Below, in pieces: positions 49,098 to 61,625 of a DNA stretch of 64,000 nt. The position numbers and the translations under genes are program-made. How positions within the stretch are numbered: the first letter of the stretch is position 1; each line of letters starts with the position of its first letter. The stretch comes from Octopus bimaculoides (lineage: Eukaryota): assembly GCF_001194135.2 (NCBI RefSeq), contig NC_068987.1, positions 76,886,753-76,950,752 on the forward strand, in the 5' to 3' direction. A model generated the notes under the pieces. The model was not told the DNA's origin. It did not search any database and worked only from the letters and a program-made list of their open reading frames with translations.

Positions 49098-49951
49098 AAC
49101 AACAAACAAGATGAAGACAAATATCCATCAATTGTAAATAATGTAAATAATGTACATAATTCCTCATCTCTTGAATATAGAACTGGATTCAGGTATCATT
49201 AGCTTAGATCCACTACACAAAATCAAAGTTTCTAGTAGTTATGCTAAACAACTCAATAAATGAAGTACTTCGTATCAACTCCCATTATGTTTCGGTTTAA
49301 GATGCTGAAATAGTCATAAGTATTGTTTGCTCCAAGCTATGCATACGTACATATACACACAGCCATGCACATTTTCCGATCAGTACACAAAAGACTTTAA
49401 TGTGAGCACAAAAGACCAGTTTTCTAGAATTGTAATTAATAATAAGACTTAGTTTGAAGTTTGCATTTGTGTATGAGTATTCGGAGCATGTATAATTTTG
49501 TCACAGGAAAAATATTAAAATATTTGCAGAACATGAACTTTATTTTTTTGCATTCACTGAATATTAAAAATCAATGGGAAAGATGCTTGTTAAGTGCTTG
49601 GATCTGATGCTGCAGGTTTTTGGTTTATTTATTTTGCTTTTTACCAATTTGTTTACATAAATAAACAAATTAAAAAAAAAACGCCTCATGGAGAGGTGGC
49701 GGGTGTGTTTTATAATTTTTTATTTTATATATAATTAGCTCCTTACTAATAGAAGTAGAATCGTGATGATGGTGGTGGTGGGGAGGAGGAGGAGGAGGAG
49801 AGGGAGGAGGAGGGGAGAGGAGGAAAGTAGAAGAGGTGGAGAGAAGGCAGAGGAAGGGCAAAGGGAAGGCGAGGTGAGAGGAGGGGAAAAGGGGAGGAGA
49901 AGATTTATGATGATGGTAGGGTGGTGGTAATGATGACAAGTGGGGCAGGGA

Positions 49952-49982
<31 letters not shown>

Positions 49983-50919
49983 CGATGATGACAGAAAGGA
50001 AAATTTTTTTTTATTTTTTAATCACAGCTAAATACAAAGTAAAAAAGAATTTTTCTTAAAAAAAAATCCCCCAAAATATACTAAAAAGATAGGGGAACCA
50101 GAAATAGTTGTGCTGTAACCATAACGATACGATGATGAGGAAGAGAAAAGGAAGAAGTACACCATCACCACCACCAACACCACCACCACCATAACATGAA
50201 ATAAAATAACAAAAAAAAAGTAAAAATAGAAACCTAATGAAAGCAATCAATAGGGGAAGAGGCATAAAACAATACAAAAGAATGTAAAACAAAAAACGAA
50301 AACAACAAGAAAAAGCAAACAATAAAGTGAAAAAAAAAACAACAAAACATGCAAAATGAGGAAAAGACAACAACAGCCATAAGTGCAGCAACAATAATAT
50401 CAACAACAATATTTTGAAGTACGAGTACAACAATATCAACAATGAATACAACTTCAATGATATTGACAACATGCACAACTATAAAGATATTGACAAGTAC
50501 AGCAGCAGCAGCAGTAGTAGCAGTAGTAGCAGGGGTGGGGGTTGGGATGGGGGTTATGACAATCAAATTGAGAGAATGTTGCATGATGGTACCTTATTTG
50601 GTTATTGATTTTCTTTGGTAAGTTNNNNNNNNNNNNNNNNNNNNNNNNNNNNNNNNNNNNNNNNNNNNNNNNNNNNNNNNNNNNNNNNNNNNNNNNNNNN
50701 NNNNNNNNNNNNNNNNNNNNNNNNNNNNNNNNNNNNNNNNNNNNNNNNNNNNNNNNNNNNNNNNNNNNNNNNNNNNNNNNNNNNNNNNNNNNNNNNNNNN
50801 NNNNNNNNNNNNNNNNNNNNNNNNNNNNNNNNNNNNNNNNNNNNNNNNNNNNNNNNNNNNNNNNNNNNNNNNNNNNNNNNNNNNNNNNNNNNNNNNNNNN
50901 NNNNNNNNNNNNNNNNNNN

Positions 50920-51244
50920 CGATTCCCAGACCGGGCGTTGTGAGTGTTTACTGAGCGAAAACACCTAAAAGCTCCACGAGGCTCCGGCAGGGGATGGTGG
51001 CGAACCCTGCTGTACTCTTTCACCACAACTTTCTCTCACTCTTACTTCCTGTTTCTGTTGTGCCTATAATTCAAAGGGTCAGCCTTGTCACACTGTGTCA
51101 CGCTGAATATCCCCGAGAACTACGTAAAGGGTACACGTGTCTGTGGAGTGCTCAGCCACTTGCACGTTAATTTCACGAGCAGGCTGTTCCATTGATCGGA
51201 TCAACTGGAACTCTTGACGTCGTAAGCGACGGAGAGCCAACAAC
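50920..51244 (+). mobile_element. SINE family D (5' end in gap)
   Basis: cgattcccagaccgggcgttgtgag...cgtcgtaagcgacggagagccaacaac. Confidence 0.9.
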
Positions 51245-51377
51245 GTATATTTTGGAATTGTTCTTCTATTTTTTGTGGGGGTGGGCAGAGGGCAGGTAGT
51301 AAGCATCTGCATCCCCACTCCATACATTATACTCATTTTTTCTTTTTTTGCAGTCACGTAATTTTTTAAAATTTTAG

Positions 51378-51966
51378 GTGGGTGCATGGCTGTGTGGTTA
51401 CGAGGCTTGCTTTGCAACCACGTGGTTTCAGGTTCAGTCCTACTCTGCAGCCAACTTGGCCAAGTGGCTTCTGCTATAGCTCCAGGTCAACCAATGTCTA
51501 GCAAGCGAATGTAGTAGATGGAAACTGTGTGGAAGCCCATCATATACATATACATGTGTGTGTGCATGTGTATCTGCATGTGTGTGTGTATGTGTGTCTG
51601 CTTGTGTGTGTGTGTGTTTGCATATGTGTGTGTGTTTGTGTGTGTGGGGGGTTGTTTTTGTGCCTCCATCTGTGCTCCTCATGTCTTGAGAACTGGTGTC
51701 GGTGTGTTTACATCACCATAACCACTTGCGTAGCTGGAGGGGGGGGGCAATTGAGGTGGTCCACCGTGGGCAGCACTTTAAAAGGGTGGCACCTTTGGGT
51801 GCAATTGATGGTAGTGTGTTTACGTCCTCGCAACTTAGTGGTTCGGCAAAAGAGACCGATAGAATAAGTACTAGGCTTGCAAAGAATAAGTCCTGGGGTC
51901 GATTTGCTCGACTAAAGGCAGTGCTCCAGCATGGCCGCAGTCAAATAACTGAAACAAGTAAAAGAA
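51378..51966 (+). mobile_element. SINE family A, old head and young 3' half, with a ~100-bp insertion
   Basis: ggtgcatggctgtgtggttac head; insertion ~51715-51812 flanked by gtgtgtttac on both sides. Confidence 0.75.
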
Positions 51967-54834
51967 ACAAAATATATATGTACTGGTACATGTGTCAATA
52001 GGATGGTACTGGTTGGAATGCCTTTGATTATAGTTTGATTATAGTTTGATAGAACTAGAGCAAAATAACCACAACATCTTCTGTAACAGTAAAGTTTGTT
52101 ATATAGGGAAAATGAAATGAAATTTTATCGGCCAGCATTCTTACATTTCTCGAAAGAGTATTAGAAATTGAAATGAAATAATTCTGGTGGGAATTATGTA
52201 TTAATGAAGTGAAATAGCTCCAGTGGGAGTGGAGGCAAGCTCTTGAGTTTAATTGATGAGAAGCACACCTCTAATTCATGATGGAAGCTGGGAAACAAGT
52301 GCTTAACAAAATTTAAGTACCGAAATGAAGTCACAATTGCACTGTAATTTCATTAAATTTTATACAAGCGAAATTACATTCGCAGATGTATATAGATGCG
52401 TGTGTGCATGTGTGCGTGTATGTGTGTGTGTGTGTGTGTGCATGCATGTGTGTCCAGAATTGTGCATGGATATACATATACATGTACACACACAAATACA
52501 CATGCATGCATATACAGTTATCATCATTATTCAATGTCCATATCCTATGTTGATGTTGGTATTGGTTGGACCCACACATATTTATGTGTGTTTGTTTGTG
52601 AAGATTGATGGACAGGCAGACCAGTAGCTAAATATATGGAGAGAGATAGACAGATAGATAAATAGGTATACACACAGACACATTACATGTATAAGCATAG
52701 AAACACACATTTAAAGTACAACATATATAGACTGTCATACTTGTACTAAATATCATAAACCACCGTATAACTGACAGCTCAGTTTAGTCCTTGGTTAAAC
52801 AGAGAAATGATTTATCAGAAACAATAGATATGTGCGTAACACATAGCTGTTCAGACAATTACTTACGTACCATAGTTCTGCTTGATCAGAACTGACTTGG
52901 AGATGCATCTCTACAACATGAATACGCATATTTAATGAACATTCAATACATACAGATATTTCTTCAGCAATCACACACACACAAATAAATATGAACATAG
53001 ATAAGACATGGGTAAAAATGGGTCAAATGTAAATAAAGCATCTGTCTCAAGGCATATTGTAGCAAGAAACAGTTGATGTAATTCTCAGACAGAATCAGCA
53101 TTCCACAGCAGAATCCATTCAGTGTGCTTCCATGCAGTTTTTATCGACCCAGTTTCATTCACAAGCATTAGGTAGACCTTGAGGCTATGGAATAAAGATA
53201 CTTGCTCAAGATGCCAAGCACTGGGAACAATCCCAAGACATTATGAGTACAAAATTAGCTTCTTAGCTATTCAGCCATAGACATACACACATACATACAT
53301 ACATACGCATATATANNNNNNNNNNNNNNNNNNNNNNNNNNNNNNNNNNNNNNNNNNNNNNNNNNNNNNNNNNNNNNNNNNNNNNNNNNNNNNNNNNNNN
53401 NNNNNNNNNNNNNNNNNNNNNNNNNNNNNNNNNNNNNNNNNNNNNNNNNNNNNNNNNNNNNNNNNNNNNNNNNNNNNNNNNNNNNNNNNNNNNNNNNNNN
53501 NNNNNNNNNNNNNNNNNNNNNNNNNNNNNNNNNNNNNNNNNNNNNNNNNNNNNNNNNNNNNNNNNNNNNNNNNNNNNNNNNNNNNNNNNNNNNNNNNNNN
53601 NNNNNNNNNNNNNNNNNNNNNNNNNNNNNNNNNNNNNNNNNNNNNNNNNNNNNNNNNNNNNNNNNNNNNNNNNNNNNNNNNNNNNNNNNNNNNNNNNNNN
53701 NNNNNNNNNNNNNNNNNNNNNNNNNNNNNNNNNNNNNNNNNNNNNNNNNNNNNNNNNNNNNNNNNNNNNNNNNNNNNNNNNNNNNNNTAAATTTCAATAT
53801 TCCGTACAAGATAGTTTTTAACGTGCTTTTATTTATACGATTTTTGGGCGTTCCATGTTCATCTCATATATTCTCTCTCTCTCTCTCTCTCTCTCTCATT
53901 CACACACTCCAGGTTTGATTTCGTTCTGAACTCGCACACTTCGTTAATTTCCGTAAATAAATTTTCTATTTTTTTTTTTTGTTTGGCACATGTGTGTTTC
54001 TGTATGTGTGTGAGTGAAGGGGTGTGTTGTGATGTCTACGTACATACATAAATACATATGCATACATATTTTCTGTGTGTATATCTGAACGTGTGTGTGT
54101 GTGAGAGAGAGATACAGACAGACAGAGTGATGTTTCAGTGACTCTCTCTCTCTCTCTCACACACATACGTACAAGAAATGTATGATTATTTATGTATGTA
54201 CGTATAATTGTCGACCACACACACACACACACACAAAGATGTATGCATATTTATGCATGTACGTATACATGACAACAAACCTCTCTCTCTCTCTCTGTCA
54301 CACACACACACTTCCATTTCATCTGATGTGTGATACTCTGTGTGTGCGCGTGCGTGTGCGTGTGCGCGTCTGTGTGTGCTTTCGTGCGTGCGTGAGGGGT
54401 TCCACAATCGCAATTTATTTCAATTACTCTTGTGAGGATATTCACGTAAATCATTTTTTTCATTTAAGCCACATTTTAATTTTCGTAAAAGTTTCCAAGT
54501 ACCAATGAGGCTTTTTGGCGCATCTTTAATTTTCCAATTCATGAGAGCTGCCCAGTCATCATTCATCTGAGAGTCCATCTACAGAATGTCCTCAGATTTC
54601 TATACAGCATATTTTGCTTTTTTCCTTCCAGTATATAAGCAACAATTTCATTCCAGGGCAATGCCGGGTTGCTCTGCTAGTGTGTATATATATATATATA
54701 TATGTAGATAGATAGATAGATATAGATTTACTTATAATACTAAAGGCAAATCTATGAATAAAAAGGATGGGAGAGGTAGTTGAGTACTTGACTACCACTT
54801 CCATCTCTTTCACTTACAGATATGAAGATGTATG

Positions 54835-54874
<40 letters not shown>

Positions 54875-55337
54875 CACATATATATATATATTTATATATA
54901 TATATTCACTCGTGTATATATATGTCAGTTGATTAATCAACATGCTACTGCTTGCTTGATGAGTTGGTAGTCGCATAAAATATGCCTGATGAGTTGGTAG
55001 CTGCATAAAATATTATGTAATCTTATGGATGTTGTGCATACTGCATCTCTAACTGTTCCATGCTTACATCACAATAAAGATTTTTAATGAAACAATTGTA
55101 GCAATATCAGGCAGCCGATTTATCTGTTTTATATATATATATATATATATGGGCATGTGAGTGTGTATATATACATATCTAGTGTTGACTGTCAGAAAAA
55201 AGAGTACTCAATAACATAGTAGCGATTAGTAATATATTTTATTTTGATTCTGTTAGTCTGAGTTTGACCTTCATTGAATGGGAAAAAATGCTAAATCTGG
55301 CTCAAATCACACATCTTAACATACATAAAAAAAACAG

Positions 55338-55712
55338 AAGGTGCAGGAGTAACTGTGTGACAAGTAGCTTGCTCTCCAATCACATGGTTCTGAGTTCAGT
55401 CCCACTGTGTAGCACCTTGAACAAGTGTCTTCTACTATAGCCTCAGGCGGACCAAAGCCATGAAGCCCATCGTATATGTGTGTGTGTGTGTGTGTATGCA
55501 GATGTTTGTGTGTCTGTGTTTGTTCCCCCACCATCACTTGACTACCGATGTTGGTGTATTTACGTCCACATAACTTAGCAGTTCAGCAAAAAGAAACGAT
55601 CAAATAAGTACTAGGCTTACAAAGAATAAGTCCAGCATTTGATTTGTTCGACAAAAGGTGGTGCTCCAGCATGGCCACAGTCAAATGACTGAAACAAGTA
55701 AAAAGGATAAAA
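55338..55712 (+). mobile_element. SINE family A with an internal deletion
   Basis: aaggtgcaggagtaactgtgtgacaag...gagttcagtccc; jumps from ccaaagcc to atgaagcccatcg; tail gtaaaaaggataaaagaa. Confidence 0.85.
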
Positions 55713-56591
55713 GAATTGATACTGTAACTAATAAGAAAAAGAAAGACTGGATGGTTATGGCAGGAATGCCTTTGATCATAAGTCTGGTTAGTCAAGGCTA
55801 ACCTAGGGTTAAACATCAACATACCAGTTCTTACTGACAGACAAGAAATAATCCTTCAAATGAACCAGTTTGATTTTAAATACCTCAGTTGAAGCTATTG
55901 TAATGATTTCACAGACCAATTTTGTTATTAGTCTGTGAATGAAATTAAGAAATTAGTGTGTGTGTGTGTGTGTGTGATTTATACNNNNNNNNNNNNNNNN
56001 NNNNNNNNNNNNNNNNNNNNNNNNNNNNNNNNNNNNNNNNNNNNNNNNNNNNNNNNNNNNNNNNNNNNNNNNNNNNNNNNNNNNNNNNNNNNNNNNNNNN
56101 NNNNNNNNNNNNNNNNNNNNNNNNNNNNNNNNNNNNNNNNNNNNNNNNNNNNNNNNNNNNNNNNNNNNNNNNNNNNNNNNNNNNNNNNNNNNNNNNNNNN
56201 NNNNNNNNNNNNNNNNNNNNNNNNNNNNNNNNNNNNNNNNNNNNNNNNNNNNNNNNNNNNNNNNNNNNNNNNNNNNNNNNNNNNNNNNNNNNNNNNNNNN
56301 NNNNNNNNNNNNNNNNNNNNNNNNNNNNNNNNNNNNNNNNNNNNNNNNNNNNNNNNNNNNNNNNNNNNNNNNNNNNNNNNNNNNNNNNNNNNNNNNNNNN
56401 NNNNNNNNNNNNNNNNNNNNNNNNNNNNNNNNNNNNNNNNNNNNNNNNNNNNNNNNNNNNNNNNNNNNNNNNNNNNNNNNNNNNNNNNNNNNNNNNNNNN
56501 NNNNNNNNNNNNNNNNNNNNNNNNNNNNNNNNNNNNNNNNNNNNNNNNNNNNNNNNNNNNNNNNNNNNNNNNNNNNNNNNNNNNNNNNNNN

Positions 56592-56650
<59 letters not shown>

Positions 56651-56917
56651 TTCTCTCTCTCTATCACTCTTTCTCTCTCTCTCTCTCTCTATCACACTCT
56701 CTCTCTTTCTCACTCTCTCTCTCTCTCACTCTCTCTCTCTCTCTTTCTCACTGTGCTACAAAATAAACTCAAGTACTTTAACACTTTCAGGATTCACCCA
56801 ATCTCCTCTCAATTCCCCCATGCTTCATCATTCCTCTGTTTTCCAGTATGGGTACTAGTTTTGCTTAAACTCTGTACCAAGCTAACTAAAATTTACTTGC
56901 TTTCAACCAAAGCAACA

Positions 56918-56965
<48 letters not shown>

Positions 56966-58357
56966 TCTCTCTGTCTCTCTCTTTCCCCCCTTTTTCTCCT
57001 CCTCACTTTCTCTCTTCATCACTCTCAAATGAAACTCAAGTGCAAGAATTGTCACATTCTCCTTATGAGAACTGAAATTACCAGTTCTTTATATGGGTTG
57101 ATGCAACAGGAAGCAACACTTCAAAATATTTAGTTATTCTCTGAACACAGTTCTGGTTTCAATACTTACTACCAAGTAAATTCTAAAACCAGCCAAGGGG
57201 CAGGGGATGATTTTAAATCAAGCAATAAGTTAGGTATATTATCTAAGGCTCAGTGCAAATCACCTGACAAGCTTCCTTACAGTTTCCATGTAATCAATTC
57301 CACACAGATGGTATGAGTTGACCCAAGTTTAAAACACATGTCCGATGTACTATACGGTTGGTTTGAACCCAGAATGATGTAGCTGTAAGGCAGTACAACT
57401 AATCTAAAACTAGATACACAAAGCAGAGAGCGGCAGGGAGTGTCAGACTCTTAGCATTGTATTTAATGGTTTGATATAACCATTGAAAAGACACTTAGCT
57501 ATCAATAACCCAGTCCAGCTACGCTGGGGGATTTATCCATTGAAAGGTTAAACATATTAACAGCAACACTATGTGGTACAGTTCCCGGGGGTAATTAAGA
57601 GCACTGTAGAATTTGACAAATACTTTATTAGCTTGCAGTGTTGGATTTCTTTCTTTCTCTAAGAATAAGATTGGTTTCTTGAAGCTGACATGCTCCTAAA
57701 GATACTCCACAAAAAACAGAAGAAAGAAAATTCTGCAGTAGAAAGTCAACAAAACAATGTGTTATGGACATAATCACCATTACAGAAAGTATTTCATTGT
57801 TAGTATCTTCTGTATATATTTGATATTATTAAAGATAAATTGAACTACACAGACTGATATAATTTAAACCTGTTCTAAGAACAAAGTTAGATTTCATGTC
57901 TTAGCTTTATAGTTTTATATTCTTATCCTAGGTTCAAACATGAATGAAAAGCATGAATAAAAACAAATACTTATATATATATTACTAAAATTCATTAAAA
58001 GTTAAGAAGGTTAGATTGACTTTTGAGGAATTTTTACACTGCGATAAGGCCATAAATTTGTAACAGAGAAGTTACAATTGATAATAAAAGTTCTTGTATA
58101 AGAGAACTTTATTTCATCAATCATAGAGAGATACAAGACAAAGTGTTTGGTAGAATTTGAATTCTAAAGAATGTAGATGGGTGTTTTACTGTTTCTGAGA
58201 CTCGACCACTTAAGAAGTTACAATATATCGGAGACCAATCAATATACCATACGTATCTGTGGACTTTCTTTCATCAATCATGGAGAAATGCAAGACAAAG
58301 AGAATGTGTGGTAGAATTTGGAGTCTAGAGAATTTAGACTAAACCAGGCATAATGAC

Positions 58358-58868
58358 TGGCATGGTTGTGTGGTTAGGAAGCTCACTTGGCAACCATGTG
58401 ATTTTGGGTTCTATCCCACTGTGCAGCATCTTGAGCAAGTATCTTCTACTAAAGCAGAAGACCGACCAATGCCTTGTCAGTGGATTTGGTAAGCAGAAAC
58501 TCTGTAGAAGCCCACTGTATATATACATGCATATGCATTCTTTTATTCTTTTATTCTTTTACTTGTTTCAATCATTTGACTGTGGCCATGCTGGAGCACC
58601 ATCTTTAGTCAAACAAATCAACCCCAGGATTTAGTCTTTGTAAGCCTAGTACTTATTCTATTAGTCTCTTTTGCCGAACTGCTATGGGGACATAAACACA
58701 CAAGCATCGGTTGTCAAGCGATGGTGGAGGGGACAAACACAGACACACACACAAATATATATATATACACACAATGGGCTTCTTCCAGTTTCCATCTAAC
58801 AAATCCACTCACAAGTCTTTGATTGGCCCATGGCTATAGTAGAAGACTTTTACCCAAGGTGCCATGCA
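58358..58868. mobile_element. Inverted SINE A pair: + 5' half (58358-58530) fused to a - copy (58537-58868)
   Basis: The + copy stops at its internal (TA)n, where the tail of the - copy (ttttattc)n begins. Confidence 0.8.
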
Positions 58869-59315
58869 TATATATTCATCAAAGTCTACAAATTGGTTTT
58901 GTACTAGGGGTGCAACAGAATGTCAGGTAACCATTCGATTACGTAACCCTGTGCTCATCAGAGGTAGCCATTATGGATATATAATACTGTACACTTAGAT
59001 TAATATACTCACTCTACAGACAGATATGCAAACAAAATTTTTCCTTGACAGTTCTTATGGACACTTATGGACTCTTATGGCCTTGGTGACAGTGGTGGTC
59101 GTAGTAGTAGTAGTGGTGGTAGTGTTAATGGTGGTGGTGGTAGTAGTGGTGGTGGTGGTGGTAGTATTAGTAGTAATACATGTGGTGGTAGTGGTGGTAG
59201 CGGTGGTGGTGGTGTGGTGGTGGTAGTGGTGGTGGTGGTGGTGGTGGTAGTAGTGGTGGTAGTAGTGGTGGTGGTGGTGATGGTGGTAGTAGTAGTAGTA
59301 GTTGTTGTTGTGGTA

Positions 59316-59353
<38 letters not shown>

Positions 59354-59862
59354 CAACAAGTACTTAAGGCAGACATTGCAATCGTATAAGGAGAGGAAAT
59401 AACCTTTTGTGAAATACCAAATATTGGGACTATTGTTGACTATTGTTATACACACACCATGTATGGATTGTTTGGTGTGTATCAGTACATGTGTGTGAGA
59501 ACATGTGTGTGTGCTTATTCATGTATGGCATATGTGTGTTTACATTGATGTATGTCAGTATGTGTATGAATGTGTGTATCTGTGCGTGTGTTTGTACATG
59601 CATGTTTAGGCGTGTGCTCGCGTGTAGAGATGTACGCATAAATATGTGTGTGTGTCTGTGTATGTGTGTGTGCGTGTGTGCACGTGTAGATGTGTGCTCA
59701 TGTGTAGAGATGTATGTATATATATATATATATGTGTGTGAGTGTGTGTGCGTCTATGAGTGTACATGCATATGTATATTTGTGTGTGTGTATAGATGTG
59801 TGCATGTGTATTAGTATGTGATGTGTGTGTGTCTGTGTGTGTGTCTCTCTCTCTCTCTCTCT

Positions 59863-59897
<35 letters not shown>

Positions 59898-60406
59898 TAG
59901 AATTGTATAAAGCTGGAAATGCCTGAAGGCTATTAAAAGTTAAGGAAATTAATAAGGACAGTGGAGAAGAACAGAGATTTGGAGGGAGAAGGTATTGGAA
60001 GGGAAAGGGAGAAGAAAGAGCAAGAGAGAAGGGAAAGAGAAGGGGTAAGCAGTAATAATATAGAGAGAGAGAATAATTAGAGAGAGAAAGCAATCTAAAG
60101 GAATGTGAGAGAGAGGGAGGGAGGTGGTAAGAGAGAGAGAGAGGATGAGGAAGACAAGAGGAGAAGGGAATAGTAATGAAATATAGAAATGAGAATTAGT
60201 GAGAGAAAGTATTGATAAAGCAAAGGGAGGAGGAGAGGGAAAAGGAAAGAGTTAGATAAGAGGGAGGTGACAAAAAGATAGTGGGAGGAGAAGTTAAGTG
60301 GGAAGAGGGAGAGGAGAGCAATAAATATGGAAAGAAAGGAAAGAGAGAGAAGGAGGGGGTAGAGGGGGAGAGATATGAAGGATAAAGTTGGAGATTGAAG
60401 ACAAAT

Positions 60407-60973
60407 AGGTACAAGAGTGGCTGTGTGGTAAGTAGCTTGCTTCTCAGCCTCATGGTTCCAGGTTCAGTCCCATTGCGTGGCACCTTGAGCAAGTGTCATC
60501 TACTATGGCCTCAGGCCGACCAAAACCTTGTGAGTGAATTTAGTAGACGGAAACTGAAAGAAGCCCGTCGTATATATATATCTTTTACTCCTTTACTTGT
60601 TTCAGTCATTTGACTGCGGCCATGCTGGAGCACCGCCTTTAGTCGAACAAATCGACCCCAGGACTTATTCTTTGTAAGCCTAGTACTTATTCTATCGGTC
60701 TCTTTTGTCGAACAGCTAAGTTACGGGGATGTAAACACACCTGCATCGGTTGTCAAGCGAAGTTGAGGGGGGGGACAAACACAAACACACACATATATGT
60801 ATACATATTTACGATGAGCTTTTTTCAGTTTCCGTCTACCAAATCCACTCACAAGGCTTTGGGCGGCCCGGAGCTATAGTAGAAGACACTTGGCCAAGGT
60901 GCCACGCAGTGGGACTGAACCCAGAACCATGTGGTTGGTAAGCAAGCTATTTACCACACAGCCACTCCTGCGC
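60407..60973. mobile_element. Inverted SINE A pair: + 5' half (60407-60580) fused to a full - copy (60581-60973)
   Basis: aagcccgtcgtatatatata|tcttttactcctttacttgtttcag...accacacagccactcctgcgc. Confidence 0.9.
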
Positions 60974-61378
60974 NNNNNNNNNNNNNNNNNNNNNNNNNNN
61001 NNNNNNNNNNNNNNNNNNNNNNNNNNNNNNNNNNNNNNNNNNNNNNNNNNNNNNNNNNNNNNNNNNNNNNNNNNNNNNNNNNNNNNNNNNNNNNNNNNNN
61101 NNNNNNNNNNNNNNNNNNNNNNNNNNNNNNNNNNNNNNNNNNNNNNNNNNNNNNNNNNNNNNNNNNNNNNNNNNNNNNNNNNNNNNNNNNNNNNNNNNNN
61201 NNNNNNNNNNNNNNNNNNNNNNNNNNNNNNNNNNNNNNNNNNNNNNNNNNNNNNNNNNNNNNNNNNNNNNNNNNNNNNNNNNNNNNNNNNNNNNNNNNNN
61301 NNNNNNNNNNNNNNNNNNNNNNNNNNNNNNNNNNNNNNNNNNNNNNNNNNNNNNNNNNNNNNNNNNNNNNNNNNNNNN

Positions 61379-61625
61379 GACGGAAACCGAAAGAAGCTCA
61401 TCGTATATGTGTGTATATGTTTGTTTGTTACCCCACCATCACTTGACAATCAATGTTAGTGTGTTTATGTCCCCCGTAACTTAGCAGTTCAACAAAAGAA
61501 ACCGATAGAATAAAGACTAGGCTTACAATGGATAAGTCCCGGGGTCGATTTGTTAGACTAAAGGCGGTGCCCCAGCATGGCCGCAGTCAAATGACTGAAA
61601 CAAGTAAAAGAATAAAAAAATAAAA
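61379..61625 (+). mobile_element. SINE family A, 3' part after gap
   Basis: gacggaaaccgaaagaagctcatcg...aatgactgaaacaagtaaaagaataaaa. Confidence 0.85.

Larger units (their letters stand above)
48623..49186. mobile_element. Fold-back tRNA-headed element carrying hammerhead-ribozyme motifs (Penelope-like, non-autonomous)
   Basis: Arms 48623-48865 and 48880-49152 are inverted copies around a 14-nt spacer; direct repeat attcaggtatcatta at 48613-48627 and 49187-49201. Confidence 0.85.

Noticed and set aside
54957-55016. 30-bp tandem pair with TGATGA/CTGATGAG (hammerhead or C/D snoRNA-like)
   Set aside because: No stem II or GAAA follows, and the C-to-D box distance is too short with no terminal D box.
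2823-61459. Long ORFs containing X-runs (e.g. 28599-30011, 55958-57133, 12635-13615)
   Set aside because: They are open only because N-gaps and dinucleotide repeats contain no stops.
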